A stretch of DNA of 64,000 nt from Patescibacteria group bacterium (GTDB lineage Bacteria > Patescibacteriota > Microgenomatia > UBA8517). The DNA is taken from contig JBBTWD010000016.1 in assembly GCA_038062915.1 (NCBI GenBank), positions 27,522 to 91,521 of the forward strand, given 5' to 3'. This document shows positions 39,301 through 49,722 of this stretch, in pieces (the first letter of the stretch is position 1; every line of letters starts with the position of its first letter). The position numbers were made by a program, and so were the translations under genes. Under the pieces are notes generated by a model, which was not told the DNA's origin, did not search any database, and was given only the letters and a program-made list of their open reading frames with translations.

Positions 39301-39638
39301 CCCAAATGGGTGGCCAGAGACTTGGGGAAATGGAAGTCTGGGCGCTTGAGGCACATAGAGCCAGCCATACCTTGCAAGAAATGCTTACTATTAAAAGTGA
39401 TGATGTAACAGGAAGAGCTAAAGCTTTTGAGGCAATTGTCAAAGGAATAGATATCCCAGAGGCAACTATTCCTGAATCGTTTAAAGTACTTGTTCGCGAA
39501 CTAAATTCACTATGTCTTTTTATAGAACCCAAAGGGGTAAGATTTGTTAAAGAAGATGAGGTTATCGGCCTTGCTGGGCAGGAGTTGGCTAAAGAGGCTG
39601 GAGCCGAAATCGTAGCAACGGAGGAAGTGGTATTATGA
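36324..39638 (+). CDS. rpoB: RNA polymerase beta subunit
   Basis: GDKVAGRHGNKG, GGQRLGEMEVWA. Confidence 0.99.
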   Translation: MTQAKKRRNFGKEEKDLPEINLSLVQKESWGWFLTEGIKEELVNVSPIDDFTGKNWQLKLGDHTLLPPTITPKVAEIKGLTYSSSLKIRATLVNKKTGKEVSQDVFLGDVPQMTTRGTFIVNGIERAVINQIVRSPGVYFSGELDASSGRILYKAEVRPLHGSWLEFEVTRSDLIYARIDRRRKVLATVFLRAIGVATDQEIASVFADIDKGADHKYIGTTLAKDLAKSREEALLEIYRKLRPGEPVILDNAKSLFETLFLDHRRYDMGKVGRFKVNRRLGLNLPNDKATWVLTKQDVVATLSYLINLQNGIGRIDDIDHLANRRLRRVGELVAVNAFRVGLLRLERSIKEKMSLISPDDKPLPANLINARPLIASLNEFFRSNQLSTILDDTNPLSEVDNLRRVSVLGPGGINRERASFSIRDVNASQYGRIDPVRSPEGPNIGLVTYLALYARVNEFGFIETPYRKVEKKKITSETVYLAADDEENFYITHSGVNIDKNGNITDKRVPLRFAGKFIEGSSDLVNYIDVTPRQVIGASASLIPFLANDEGNRALMGSNMQCQSVPLVNPESPIIGTGMEGIIAQGMGRVIRARHAGVVEYADNEKVVVKLDAKISIDSKTNEEEIIEGGRKEVYGLTKFRRTAHSTCYNQILRVSPGDRVQAGDLLIDGPASQNGELGLGRNLVIAYTNFGGYGFEDAILVSDRLVREDLLTSVHIEEYDAEVVDTKLGPEELTRDIPNVAEMELASLAEDGIVVIGAEVSPNDILVGKIAPKGETELTSEERLLRAIFGEKAREVRDTSLRVPHGEKGIVVDVQVLDREKGDELGPGVIKKVVVKVAQIRKITVGDKVAGRHGNKGVIAKIMPVGDMPYLDDGTPVDIIISPLSVLSRMNLGQLMEAHLGWALSKKGEKVALPVFDKIDENIIARELEEAGLPVNGKTRLHDGRTGEVFKEDTVVGISYIMKLTHMVEDKTHARSTGPYSLVTQQPLGGKAQMGGQRLGEMEVWALEAHRASHTLQEMLTIKSDDVTGRAKAFEAIVKGIDIPEATIPESFKVLVRELNSLCLFIEPKGVRFVKEDEVIGLAGQELAKEAGAEIVATEEVVL

Positions 39639-42600
39639 ACGAGCAACAAAACGACCTGAAAAACCTAGGTGATTTTTCCAGTCTTGTTGTGAGGTTGGCA
39701 TCGTCAGATGAAATAAGACGATGGAGTAGGGGTGAGGTTACAAAACCTGAAACGATTAATTACAGAACCCTCAAACCCGAAAAAGACGGTCTTTTTGACG
39801 AAAGAATTTTTGGGCCAACCAAAGACTGGGAGTGTTATTGTGGTAAATATAAAAGGATTAGATATAAAGGAGTAATTTGTGATAAATGTGGAGTTGAAGT
39901 AACACAAAGTAGAGTAAGACGAGAGAGAATGGGACATATAACACTAGCCACTCCTACCGCCCATGTTTGGTTTTTTAAAGGGGCACCTTCTAAAATATCA
40001 CTTCTTCTTGGGGTTCCCCCTCGTGGAATGGAGCAGGTAATTTATTTTGCCAGATACCTTGTTATTAATGTTGACGAAGAAAAGAAAAAAATAGCAGTCA
40101 AAAATATTACTAGTGCCATGGACGAGAGACTCAAAGAGACAATGGAATCGTATAGAGAGAAACGCGAAGCCCTTTCGGCTGAAGGTGTAATTGCAAAAGA
40201 AAAGATAAAAGAAAAAATAAAAGATAAGGAACAGGCTTCTTTGGCGATATCAGAAATAGAGTTAGACCTAAGAAAGAAAGATGTGGCAATAACAGAAGAA
40301 GAAAAATCAACTATAGTAAAAACAGAGCAACTTTTTGAAAATTTGATTTCAGTTGTCAAAGTTCTTAAACCACTAAGTATTTTAAGCGAGGAAGAGTATG
40401 ACGAGCTTGGTGTGCATGGAGCTTCAGACTTTTTTACAGCTGGAATGGGTGCTGATGCATTGCTTTCAGCAGTCGAAAAAATAGATCTTGAAACTATCTC
40501 AAAGACCTTGCGAGAAGAAATAGGAAGTGCTAAGGGGGGAAGTTCAAGATATATTAAATTAGTTAAAAGATTAAAATTAATTGATGGACTAAGAAGGGCT
40601 AAGGTTGACCCTTCTTGGATGATTCTTAAGGTTTTGCCGGTTTTACCCCCAGACCTAAGACCTATGGTTCAGCTTTCGGGGGGCAGGTTTGCAACAAGTG
40701 ACTTAAATGATCTTTATAGGCGAGTAATAAATAGGAACAATCGTCTTAAACATTTGATTGGACTAGGTGCCCCAGAGATAATTTTAAGAAACGAGAAAAG
40801 AATGTTGCAAGAATCGGTTGATTCACTAATTGATGCCTCTCAAAGGAAAGCAACAAGAAAATCCCGAGGTCGCCAACCATTAAGGTCTTTATCTGACATG
40901 CTTCGAGGTAAACAAGGTAGGTTCAGACAGAATTTATTAGGTAAAAGAGTCGACTATTCGGGACGAAGCGTAATTATTATTGGCCCAGAACTTAAGCTTA
41001 ATCAATGTGGACTTCCCAAAGATATGGCTCTTGAGATGTTTAAACCATTTGTTTTGAGGGAAATGATATCAAGAGGTATCGCCCCCAACGTTAAAAGTGC
41101 AAAGAACATGTTAGAGCGCCGTCCTCCGGAAGTGTTTGATATTTTGGAAGAAATTACAAAAGATCATCCAGTTCTACTTAACAGAGCGCCTACATTACAC
41201 AAGCTTTCAATTCAAGCTTTTTACCCCGTTTTAATTGAAGGAAGTGCCATCAGAGTTCATCCTGCGGTCTGTGCGGCCTTTAATGCTGATTTTGACGGGG
41301 ATCAAATGGCGGTTCACGTCCCCTTGTCCTCAAAAGCAATCGAGGAAGCTAAAACCCTAATGCTTCCTGAAAATAATCTCCTTCGACCTTCTGATGGTAG
41401 CCCTGTTGCCACTCCATCTACAAAAGAAATAGCTTTGGGGGTTTATTATTTAACATCAGAAGATTCAAGAATTTCGCTATATCAGAGTATTTTAGGAGAT
41501 AGAGATGAAGCAATAACTGCATACCAAGCTGGGAAAATCGAAGTTCGACAAAAAATTAAAGTAAGGCTTGATAAGACAATTATAGAAACAACCCCTGGCA
41601 GAATTCTTTTTAACGAAGTTCTTCCTGAAAATTTTGATTTTGTTAATGAGGCGATAACATCTTCAGTCATAAAGACGCTTTTTAGCACAGCATATTTAAC
41701 CTGTTCACGCTCTCGTGTTACACAAATGGTAGACGATATTAAAGATCTAGGATTTTTTGGAGGAACAATTTCAGGCCTATCTTTCGGAATATTTGACGCT
41801 AAACTTTATCCAGGAAAAGGTAAGGCGCTTTTAGAAGCAGATGCAAGAGTTACAGAGATTGATGAGAATTTTGCACAAGGTTTAATTACAGCCGAGGAGA
41901 AAAAACGTTTAAATCAAGAAGTTTGGATCGAAACGGCTGAAGATCTTTCTGACAAGACCTGGGATGGGCTTGAGGCAACCAATCCAATAAGAATAATTAT
42001 CGACGCTAAAGTGGGGCGTGCTTCAAAAGACCAAGTTAAACAGCTAGCAGCAATTCGTGGACTTGTGGTTGATCCTTTAGGAAAAATCGTTGAGCTTCCA
42101 ATTAAATCTAATTTCAGAGAGGGTTTGTCAATTTTTGAATATGTCACTTCATCTAGAGGTTCTAGGAAAGGTTTAACCGATACTGCGATTAAAACTGCGG
42201 ATGCAGGATATCTAACTAGGAGACTTGTTGATGTTGCCCATGATGTTTTGATCCGGCATGAGGATTGTGGAACCAAAGATGGGTTTGAAATTAGGAAAGA
42301 TGTTAGGTCGGGATCTTTTGTTAATAGAATTACAGGCAGATTTGTAGCAAAAGATATTCTAACCAAAATGAGCAAGAAACCACTTGTTGTTGCGGGGGAT
42401 CTTATAGAGGAGGAAATGGCCAAAAAGATTGATGAAGTTGGAATAACTGAAGTGGTAATTAGGTCTCCCCTAACATGTGAGTCAAGATATGGGATGTGTG
42501 TTAAATGTTATGGTTGGGATCTGGGAACCAAGAGCTTGGTGGAAGTTGGAATGCCGGTCGGAGTCGTTGCTGCCCAATCAATTGGAGAACCTGGCACCCA

Positions 42601-43363
42601 GCTTACTTTAAAAACTAAACATGCGGCTGGGATTATTGGAGTTGACGTTACTCAAGGATTGCCTCGTGTTGAAGAATTGGTTGAAAGCAGAACCCCAAAA
42701 GTTGTTTCTGCATTATCTGAAATTACAGGTAAGGCAAGAATAGGTGAAACAGATGCTGGCTGGAAGGTTGTTATTTCTTCGGGAAGGGGAGCTCCTAAAG
42801 AAGAAAGAGAATATATAATTCCAAAAACATTACAACTAGCCATAAAAGACGGTGAAGTGGTTGAGGCCGGACAGCCATTATCTCATGGGCCACTTGATGT
42901 TAAAGATGTCCTTTCGATTAGAGGTGTCCGTGCGGCTCAAGAATATGTTGTTCATGAAATTCAAAAAGTCTATGAGTCACAGGGAATTCCAATAAATGAT
43001 AAACATTTTGAAGTGATTGTCAGAAAGATGACTGATGAGGTTAGAATTGTAACTCCTGGGGATACACAGTTCTTACCAGGTGAGCTTGCAAGCAGAACAA
43101 TGTTTCAAGAGGAAAATGATAAAACCTTGGCTGCTGGTGGAGAACCGGGGAGTGCACAGCAGGTGGTCTTGGGGATTACCAGGCGCGCCCTTTATACAGA
43201 TAGCTGGCTTTCAGCGGCATCATTTGAACAAACAACAGACGTTTTAACAGAAGCTTCACTATTTAGCCGTGAAGACAGGTTACTTGGTTTGAAAGAAAAT
43301 GTTATTATAGGCAGGCTGATTCCTGTGAGTGCAGAAAGGGCCCATTTAGATGCCAACAATTAA
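39635..43363 (+). CDS. rpoC: RNA polymerase beta' subunit
   Basis: [31 protein letters not shown]. Confidence 0.99.
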   Translation: MNEQQNDLKNLGDFSSLVVRLASSDEIRRWSRGEVTKPETINYRTLKPEKDGLFDERIFGPTKDWECYCGKYKRIRYKGVICDKCGVEVTQSRVRRERMGHITLATPTAHVWFFKGAPSKISLLLGVPPRGMEQVIYFARYLVINVDEEKKKIAVKNITSAMDERLKETMESYREKREALSAEGVIAKEKIKEKIKDKEQASLAISEIELDLRKKDVAITEEEKSTIVKTEQLFENLISVVKVLKPLSILSEEEYDELGVHGASDFFTAGMGADALLSAVEKIDLETISKTLREEIGSAKGGSSRYIKLVKRLKLIDGLRRAKVDPSWMILKVLPVLPPDLRPMVQLSGGRFATSDLNDLYRRVINRNNRLKHLIGLGAPEIILRNEKRMLQESVDSLIDASQRKATRKSRGRQPLRSLSDMLRGKQGRFRQNLLGKRVDYSGRSVIIIGPELKLNQCGLPKDMALEMFKPFVLREMISRGIAPNVKSAKNMLERRPPEVFDILEEITKDHPVLLNRAPTLHKLSIQAFYPVLIEGSAIRVHPAVCAAFNADFDGDQMAVHVPLSSKAIEEAKTLMLPENNLLRPSDGSPVATPSTKEIALGVYYLTSEDSRISLYQSILGDRDEAITAYQAGKIEVRQKIKVRLDKTIIETTPGRILFNEVLPENFDFVNEAITSSVIKTLFSTAYLTCSRSRVTQMVDDIKDLGFFGGTISGLSFGIFDAKLYPGKGKALLEADARVTEIDENFAQGLITAEEKKRLNQEVWIETAEDLSDKTWDGLEATNPIRIIIDAKVGRASKDQVKQLAAIRGLVVDPLGKIVELPIKSNFREGLSIFEYVTSSRGSRKGLTDTAIKTADAGYLTRRLVDVAHDVLIRHEDCGTKDGFEIRKDVRSGSFVNRITGRFVAKDILTKMSKKPLVVAGDLIEEEMAKKIDEVGITEVVIRSPLTCESRYGMCVKCYGWDLGTKSLVEVGMPVGVVAAQSIGEPGTQLTLKTKHAAGIIGVDVTQGLPRVEELVESRTPKVVSALSEITGKARIGETDAGWKVVISSGRGAPKEEREYIIPKTLQLAIKDGEVVEAGQPLSHGPLDVKDVLSIRGVRAAQEYVVHEIQKVYESQGIPINDKHFEVIVRKMTDEVRIVTPGDTQFLPGELASRTMFQEENDKTLAAGGEPGSAQQVVLGITRRALYTDSWLSAASFEQTTDVLTEASLFSREDRLLGLKENVIIGRLIPVSAERAHLDANN

Positions 43364-43775
43364 TCAACTAGTCAGAGGTGGTAGGAAAGTTATCCAAAAA
43401 AAGACAAAAACCACGTCTCTTAAACGTTGGTTTAATGCTAAAGATAGAGTTTACAGTGAAACCGCTTCCCCTTTTAAACGTGGAGTAGTTTTGGCAGTTA
43501 GAACCATGACGCCAAGGAAGCCAAATTCAGCCCTAAGAAAGGTCGCAAGAGTGAGACTTTCTAATAAACAAGAGGTCACAGCTTATATTCCGGGTGAGGG
43601 GCATGAACTTGCAGAGCACTCAATCATTTTGGTGCGGGGTGGTCGCGTTAAAGACCTTCCGGGTGTAAGATACAAAATTGTTCGTGGGAAATTTGATACG
43701 ACAGGTGTGGTTGGCAGGTTAAAAGGAAGGAGTAAATATGGCGCGAAAAGGAGCAGTAAAACCAAGGCAAGTTAA
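43350..43775 (+). CDS. rpsL: 30S ribosomal protein S12
   Basis: [29 protein letters not shown]. Confidence 0.99.
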   Translation: MPTINQLVRGGRKVIQKKTKTTSLKRWFNAKDRVYSETASPFKRGVVLAVRTMTPRKPNSALRKVARVRLSNKQEVTAYIPGEGHELAEHSIILVRGGRVKDLPGVRYKIVRGKFDTTGVVGRLKGRSKYGAKRSSKTKAS

Positions 43776-44217
43776 TTTAGACCCTATTTATGACAGCATA
43801 CTTGTAACAAAGCTGGTAAATAGGAGCATGCGTGATGGAAAAAAGAGTGTCGCCCAGAAAGAAATTTATAAGGCTTTTGATTTGATCAAAGAAAAACTAA
43901 AAGATGATCCGATAAAAATCTTCACACTTGCCATTGAAAATATTAAACCTTCGATGGAAGTTAAAGCAAGAAGAGTTGGGGGAGCCGCTTATCAGGTTCC
44001 TCAAGCGGTTAGAGGGCCAAGAAAAGAGTCATTGGCCATTAGGTGGCTCATTGAGATTGCTAATAAAAGATCTAATTCGGAGTTCCACACATATGCTGGA
44101 AAACTAGCGGCAGAAATAATTGAGGCTTCAAAAAGCGAAGGTGGAGCGGTCAAGAAAAGAACCGACATGGAGCGAGTAGCCGAGGCAAACAAGGCATTTT
44201 CCCACTTTAGGTGGTAA
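43738..44217 (+). CDS. rpsG: 30S ribosomal protein S7
   Basis: [23 protein letters not shown]. Confidence 0.98.
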   Translation: MARKGAVKPRQVNLDPIYDSILVTKLVNRSMRDGKKSVAQKEIYKAFDLIKEKLKDDPIKIFTLAIENIKPSMEVKARRVGGAAYQVPQAVRGPRKESLAIRWLIEIANKRSNSEFHTYAGKLAAEIIEASKSEGGAVKKRTDMERVAEANKAFSHFRW

Positions 44218-44226
44218 CAAATCGAT

Positions 44227-44466
44227 ATGACGATATCTTTCACAACAAGTAGTAGTAATGTTAGTAAAGAAAGAATGTATGCACCGTTAGGAGCCCAGAC
44301 CATGAGAGAATTACCTGATTTTGATGCTATAAAAGAAGAAGATCTTCAAGTTGGTACTTCAGTTGGAGCGAGTCCGATTGTTCCACGCACTTGGGTCGAT
44401 CCCGATAAACATATATATTTGCACGGTGAAGAAGGTGTATTGGCTGCCCTAAAAAACAAAAGATAG
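44227..44466 (+). CDS. Hypothetical protein
   Basis: 79-aa ORF filling the gap after rpsG; no motif recognised. Confidence 0.45.
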   Translation: MTISFTTSSSNVSKERMYAPLGAQTMRELPDFDAIKEEDLQVGTSVGASPIVPRTWVDPDKHIYLHGEEGVLAALKNKR

Positions 44467-44468
44467 TA

Positions 44469-44912
44469 CTACTGCTCCAGGTTTAAAATAGTTATTTCTT
44501 GTACAAACTCTTTTGGTGAAACTATTTTTATACCTCTAAAGTTTTTAATTAGTAAAACATGTTTTTTATCACCACTAACAATGTAATCGGCTTTGGCCTC
44601 AAAAGCACAAGAAAAGAGTTTGTCATCATCTGAATCGAGCGAAGTTTTGACATTAATTTCTTCAGGAACAATTATTGAAGTTTTCAAAAGTTCAGCAGAA
44701 ACATTTTGAATTTCGGTTTGACTTAGCTTTATAAATTTTTGAACCTTTGGATAATTAAAAGCTCTTTCTAAATCTCTTAAAATAGAAAATGAAGTCGCAA
44801 ATAAAATCTTATCTTGCCTCCAAAGTTTTAGAATCAGAGAGGGTGGGGTATTTGAGAAAGCAAGACCGCTTAAGATTACATTAACATCAGGAACAACTAT
44901 GACTGGAATCAT
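44469..44912 (-). CDS. PIN-domain toxin (PIN_3/VapC-like)
   Basis: VVPDVNVILS, DSDDDKLFSCA, ADYIVSGDKKH. Confidence 0.9.
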   Translation of the reverse strand: MIPVIVVPDVNVILSGLAFSNTPPSLILKLWRQDKILFATSFSILRDLERAFNYPKVQKFIKLSQTEIQNVSAELLKTSIIVPEEINVKTSLDSDDDKLFSCAFEAKADYIVSGDKKHVLLIKNFRGIKIVSPKEFVQEITILNLEQ

Positions 44913-45202
44913 ATCTGATTTGTTGCTTCGTCAATCGCAGCTTGAACTTCTGACTGTTTGTATTTTGAAGTATTTTTGCGAATCTTTTCAATTGTTTTAA
45001 AAAGTCTATCTTTTGATTCCTGTCTGTATTTTCGAAATTGTTCAAATTGAATCATAGAAACTAGCACCGCCTTTGGCTTTCCTGCACGTTCGATTATAAA
45101 AGCCATTTGTTTCAAATCAACTTGGTCAAGATAGGTTCCAGGCTGTTTTCTAAAATTCATGGCACTAATTGAAGCTGTACCTGAAAGCGAATTGTTTATC
45201 AT
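44909..45202 (-). CDS. Phd/YefM-family antitoxin
   Basis: ISAMNFRKQPGTYLDQV..FIIERAGKPKAVLVS; ATGA overlap with the PIN gene; ATG 45202. Confidence 0.85.
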   Translation of the reverse strand: MINNSLSGTASISAMNFRKQPGTYLDQVDLKQMAFIIERAGKPKAVLVSMIQFEQFRKYRQESKDRLFKTIEKIRKNTSKYKQSEVQAAIDEATNQI

Positions 45203-45240
45203 AATTATATCAATTATAGTAATTACAACAGTCTTGTCAA
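45203..45240 (-). promoter_or_regulatory. TA promoter with repeated TAATT boxes
   Basis: TTGACA-16bp-TATAAT; gtaattact ataattgat ataattat with 9-bp period. Confidence 0.65.
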
Positions 45241-45292
45241 GTATCACTTTACATCTTGACTTCCGCAGAGAGAGAGTAATATTTGGGTTGAA

Positions 45293-45526
45293 ATGAACTG
45301 GAAAGAATTTCTCACAACTCCATTTACTGTGGAAAAAGAAGCTACTGGAGTTTATCTTGGTCACGCTATCGACGCTCAAAAGGACTTAGAAGTAATTGAA
45401 GCGGTTCAGTTAGGCGGACATGTACCACCTGGCTTAGATGCTATTAAAAGAAGAGCTGCCATAAACGCAAGAAGAGCCAATGATCAATTAAAACATGAAT
45501 CTCCGATGCCAGGGGTAAAAGACTAG
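45293..45526 (+). CDS. Hypothetical protein
   Basis: 77-aa ORF divergent from the TA pair. Confidence 0.5.
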   Translation: MNWKEFLTTPFTVEKEATGVYLGHAIDAQKDLEVIEAVQLGGHVPPGLDAIKRRAAINARRANDQLKHESPMPGVKD

Positions 45527-45535
45527 GTTATCTCA

Positions 45536-45564
45536 TTGATCCCCAAACCTATCTCTGTTAAAAT
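45536..45564 (+). promoter_or_regulatory. Putative fusA promoter
   Basis: TTGATC-17bp-TAAAAT with extended TG; GGAAGGAG before the ATG. Confidence 0.55.
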
Positions 45565-45591
45565 CACTCTTGCTCCGGAAGGAGTTTTTGT

Positions 45592-47760
45592 ATGGCGGAA
45601 GTAGCAAAGAAAAAGGCGAGCATTATCATGACGGCCACAAAGGACCGTAATGTTCCTTTGGAAAAGATCCGAAATATTGGGATTATCGCCCACATTGATG
45701 CGGGTAAAACAACAACTACTGAAAGATTATTGTTCGAGACAGGCCGAACGTACAAGCAAGGCTCCGTCGATGATGGAACAACGGTAACTGACTGGATGGC
45801 CCAAGAGAGAGAACGAGGAATTACTATAGTTTCTGCGGCAATTACAGCCTTTTGGGATATTAAAAACACAACTTCAGTTGAATCTGGGCATTATAGAATT
45901 AACTTAATTGACACCCCGGGCCATATTGATTTTACGGCAGAAGTTGAGCGCTCATTACGTGTTTTGGATGGAGCTGTTATGGTTTTTGATGGTAGAACTG
46001 GAGTTGAAAGTCAAAGTGAAACTGTTTGGAGGCAGGCTGATAAATATAATGTTCCCAGAATCTGCGTACTTAATAAATTAAATTTAATTGGAGCTGATTT
46101 TGAAGGATCAATTAAATCAATTCACGAGAGACTTGGTGCCAATGCAGCGCCCGTTATTATTCCAATAGGTCAGGAACATGACCATCGAGGAGTTGTTGAT
46201 TTAGTTAAAATGAGGGCATTTACTTTTAAGGCCATTGAGGATGCAAATTTAACTGAAGGCGAAATCCCTACCGAATTTGTCGAAATGGCCAAGAAATATA
46301 GAGTTCATCTACTTGAAAAAGCCTGTGAGTTTGACGATGAAGCACTGTCAAAGTTTTTAGAAGGTCAGGAAATTGATGAGCTAATTCTTAAAAGGGCGAT
46401 TAGAAAGGGAGTAATTTCTGGTAAATTCTTCCCTATTTTTGGAGGGGACAATAGGACCGCAGAAGCACAACTTTTATTAAATGGAGTTGTTGAATATTTG
46501 CCTTCACCAACAGACCTTCCACCAGTATCTGGAATTGATACTAAAACTGGTGAAAAAACCCAAAGGGAAAGAAAAAGTGACGCACAGCTTAGTGCCTTGG
46601 CTTTTAAAGTAATGACAGATCCACATGTCGGTAGACTTGTTTATATGAGAGTTTATTCAGGTACTCTTAAGGCTGGTCAGGCAGTTTATAATTCAACCAA
46701 ACAAGTTGCCGAAAGAATAGGAAAACTGGTTTTACTTCATGCAGATCAAAGGGAATTAATAGAAGAAGCTTATGCTGGAGAAATTGTGGCTGTTGTTGGA
46801 GTAAAAGATACAACTACTGGAGACACAATTTCTGATTCGGGGAACCCAATTGTTCTTGAGTCAATAAGTTTTCCAGAACCTGTTATCTCGCTTGCAATCG
46901 AACCCGCCACAAAAAGCGATCAAGAAAAAATGGGACTTGCCTTAGGAAAACTTTCTGATGAGGATCCTACATTTAGAATTAAAAGTAATCCCGAAACAGG
47001 GCAAACTATTATCTCCGGAATGGGAGAACTCCAGCTTGAAGTATTGGTTGATCGTATGAAGAGAGAGTTTAATGTGGAGGCTACAACTGGGGCTCCACAA
47101 GTAGCCTATAAAGAGACGATCAAGAAAATTGGTGAAGGAGAAGGAAAATATATAAGACAAACCGGAGGACGTGGACAGTATGGACATGCTTTACTTCGTC
47201 TTGAGCCATTGGGTCGTGGAGAAGGATTTGAATTTAAGAGCGAGATTAAGGGCGGATCTATTCCCCAGGAATACATTTCTCCAATCGAAAAGGGAGTCAA
47301 AGAAAAGATGGAAAATGGGGTTATGGCGGGATTCCCTATGGTTGACATGAGAGTAATAGTTTTCGATGGTAGTTTCCATGACGTAGATTCAAGTGAAATT
47401 GCATTCAAAATTGCAGGTTCGATGGCACTTGAGGACGCTTTCAAAAAATCCGATCCAATACTTCTTGAGCCAGTAATGAAAGTTGAAGTTTCAACTCCAG
47501 ATGAATTTATGGGAGATGTAATCGGGGATCTTTCAAGTAAAAGGGCACAAGTGTCGGGAACTGACAAAAGAGGAACAATGACAGTTGTTAATGCTTTAGC
47601 ACCTTTGGCTGAACTTTCAGGATATGCCACAAAACTTAGATCTCTATCCCAAGGACGAGCAAGCTACTACATGGAGCCAAGCCACTACGAAGAAGTACCT
47701 AGAAACATTGCTGATGCTATTGTTGCCAAGGCCGGTAAGATCACAATGGCAAGAGGGTAG
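45592..47760 (+). CDS. fusA: Elongation factor G
   Basis: AHIDAGKTT, RGITI, DTPGH, GMGELQLE, GSFHDVDSSE. Confidence 0.98.
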   Translation: MAEVAKKKASIIMTATKDRNVPLEKIRNIGIIAHIDAGKTTTTERLLFETGRTYKQGSVDDGTTVTDWMAQERERGITIVSAAITAFWDIKNTTSVESGHYRINLIDTPGHIDFTAEVERSLRVLDGAVMVFDGRTGVESQSETVWRQADKYNVPRICVLNKLNLIGADFEGSIKSIHERLGANAAPVIIPIGQEHDHRGVVDLVKMRAFTFKAIEDANLTEGEIPTEFVEMAKKYRVHLLEKACEFDDEALSKFLEGQEIDELILKRAIRKGVISGKFFPIFGGDNRTAEAQLLLNGVVEYLPSPTDLPPVSGIDTKTGEKTQRERKSDAQLSALAFKVMTDPHVGRLVYMRVYSGTLKAGQAVYNSTKQVAERIGKLVLLHADQRELIEEAYAGEIVAVVGVKDTTTGDTISDSGNPIVLESISFPEPVISLAIEPATKSDQEKMGLALGKLSDEDPTFRIKSNPETGQTIISGMGELQLEVLVDRMKREFNVEATTGAPQVAYKETIKKIGEGEGKYIRQTGGRGQYGHALLRLEPLGRGEGFEFKSEIKGGSIPQEYISPIEKGVKEKMENGVMAGFPMVDMRVIVFDGSFHDVDSSEIAFKIAGSMALEDAFKKSDPILLEPVMKVEVSTPDEFMGDVIGDLSSKRAQVSGTDKRGTMTVVNALAPLAELSGYATKLRSLSQGRASYYMEPSHYEEVPRNIADAIVAKAGKITMARG

Positions 47761-47806
47761 GATCTTCTAATTGACATAAAAATTGAAAGATAGTATATTT
47801 ACGATC

Positions 47807-48016
47807 ATGAATCAGGACGATTTAGCCAAAGTTACAGCGGAGGAATTAACCAAACTATTCGAAAATGGTAGGGCGAAATTAACTCGATCTGTTGGCAATT
47901 ATCACGTATTGAGTATAGACAATGAAACAGTTGGAGGCATGTTTCAAAATTCATATGAAGGACCGTATGTCATTAAAGTTGGAGAGCGGATTGTCGGTTT
48001 TACGACTGACCGATAA
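47807..48016 (+). CDS. Hypothetical protein, probably leaderless
   Basis: TTGACA(47771)-17bp-TATATT-7nt-ATG(47807). Confidence 0.55.
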   Translation: MNQDDLAKVTAEELTKLFENGRAKLTRSVGNYHVLSIDNETVGGMFQNSYEGPYVIKVGERIVGFTTDR

Positions 48017-48024
48017 TTTCCCTG

Positions 48025-48090
48025 TTGACAGGCGTGATTAGCCTCGAATATAATTCAAGTTATCAAGAGCAAGTTTGCTCTTGTTTATTT
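48025..48090 (+). promoter_or_regulatory. tuf promoter followed by a terminator-like hairpin
   Basis: TTGACA-18bp-TATAAT; caagagca-agtt-tgctcttg then tttattt. Confidence 0.55.
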
Positions 48091-48135
48091 GCCCGAAAAT
48101 TTGTATACTAATCGCTAGTAACTAATAACTAACAC

Positions 48136-49326
48136 ATGGCAGACGCAAAACAAAAATTTGATAGAACAAAACCACATGTAAACGTTGGCACCATTGGTCA
48201 TGTTGATCATGGTAAAACCACACTTACTTCAGCTATTACTATGGTTTTGGCCAAGCAAGGGCTTGCTAAAGCTAAAACTTATGCAGATATAGATAGCGCT
48301 CCGGAAGAAAAGGAACGAGGGGTTACAATCAATCTTTCTCATCAAGAGTACGAAACAAAGAAACGTCACTATGCCCACATAGACGCTCCGGGGCACGCAG
48401 ATTACATCAAGAACATGATTACAGGAGCGGCCCAAATGGATGGCGCTATTTTGGTTGTTTCAGCGGCCGATGGACCCATGCCTCAAACTCGAGAACATGT
48501 AATTTTAGCCAGACAGGTTAATGTTCCAGCGCTCGTAGTCTTTCTTAATAAATGTGATACGGTTGACGATCCTGAAATCATTGACTTGGTTGAAGCAGAT
48601 GTCCGAGAGCTTCTAAAGAAGTATGAGTACGAAGGTGACAAAGTCCCTGTAATTAGAGGATCCGCTCTTAAGGCAACCGAGGGGGACGCGGAGGCCGAGA
48701 AAAAGATTCTAGAGCTTATGGAAGCGGTTGATACTTATATCCCAGATCCGGTCCGAGATGTAGATAAACCATTCCTAATGCCTGTTGAGGATGTATTTAC
48801 CATCCAAGGCCGTGGTACGGTTGTCACGGGTAGAGTCGAAAGAGGACAAATCAAAGTTAACGAAGAAATTGAAATTGTTGGGATTAAAGACACTCAAAAG
48901 TCAGTTGTAACCGGGCTTGAGATGTTCAGAAAAACCTTGGACGATGCTATGGCAGGAGATAATGTTGGTGTACTACTTCGCGGTATCGAAAAAGATCAGG
49001 TAGAACGTGGTCAGGTTTTGGCTAAGTCTGGAAGTGTAACTCCTCATACAGAATTTGAAGCTGAAGTGTACATTTTAAGCAAAGAAGAAGGTGGAAGACA
49101 TACGCCATTCTTCACAGGTTACAAACCGCAATTCTATATTAGAACAGCCGATGTTACGGGTGAGGCTACTCTTCCAGAAGGAATTGAAATGGTTATGCCT
49201 GGAGACAATGCTAAGATGAAAGTTAAGTTAATTCAGCCAGTTGCAGCAGAAGAAGGTTTAAGATTTGCAATTCGAGAGGGTGGACATACAGTTGGAGCTG
49301 GTGTAATCACTAAGATTTTGGCCTAA
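48136..49326 (+). CDS. tuf: Elongation factor Tu
   Basis: [21 protein letters not shown]. Confidence 0.99.
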   Translation: MADAKQKFDRTKPHVNVGTIGHVDHGKTTLTSAITMVLAKQGLAKAKTYADIDSAPEEKERGVTINLSHQEYETKKRHYAHIDAPGHADYIKNMITGAAQMDGAILVVSAADGPMPQTREHVILARQVNVPALVVFLNKCDTVDDPEIIDLVEADVRELLKKYEYEGDKVPVIRGSALKATEGDAEAEKKILELMEAVDTYIPDPVRDVDKPFLMPVEDVFTIQGRGTVVTGRVERGQIKVNEEIEIVGIKDTQKSVVTGLEMFRKTLDDAMAGDNVGVLLRGIEKDQVERGQVLAKSGSVTPHTEFEAEVYILSKEEGGRHTPFFTGYKPQFYIRTADVTGEATLPEGIEMVMPGDNAKMKVKLIQPVAAEEGLRFAIREGGHTVGAGVITKILA

Positions 49327-49365
49327 AAACTGCACCATCTGGGTGATGTAAGCACATTAAAGAGA

Positions 49366-49680
49366 ATGGCGACTAATTTGCGCTTGAGAGTTAAACTCAA
49401 AGGCTACGATCATAGGGTCATAGATGAGGCGGCAGGAAAAATTATTGATACCGCTTTATCTTCAGGTGCAAAAATAATTGGGCCCATTCCTCTCCCCACA
49501 AAAAGAACATTAATCCCAGTTGTCCCTTCGACTTCTCGTGGAATAAAGAATGCACAGGAACATTTTGAAATTCTAATCCACAAGCGCTTAATTGATATTC
49601 TTGATCCATCTCCTCGTACTGTTGACTCCCTGGGCAACCTTGATCTTCCAGCTGGAGTTTCTATAGAAATCAAAATGTAA
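49366..49680 (+). CDS. rpsJ: 30S ribosomal protein S10
   Basis: GPIPLPT, HKRLIDI, LPAGVSIEIK. Confidence 0.96.
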   Translation: MATNLRLRVKLKGYDHRVIDEAAGKIIDTALSSGAKIIGPIPLPTKRTLIPVVPSTSRGIKNAQEHFEILIHKRLIDILDPSPRTVDSLGNLDLPAGVSIEIKM

Positions 49681-49722
49681 ACATTTTGTGAAATTAAGAT
49701 GTAAGTCTGCTATAAGCGTAGC

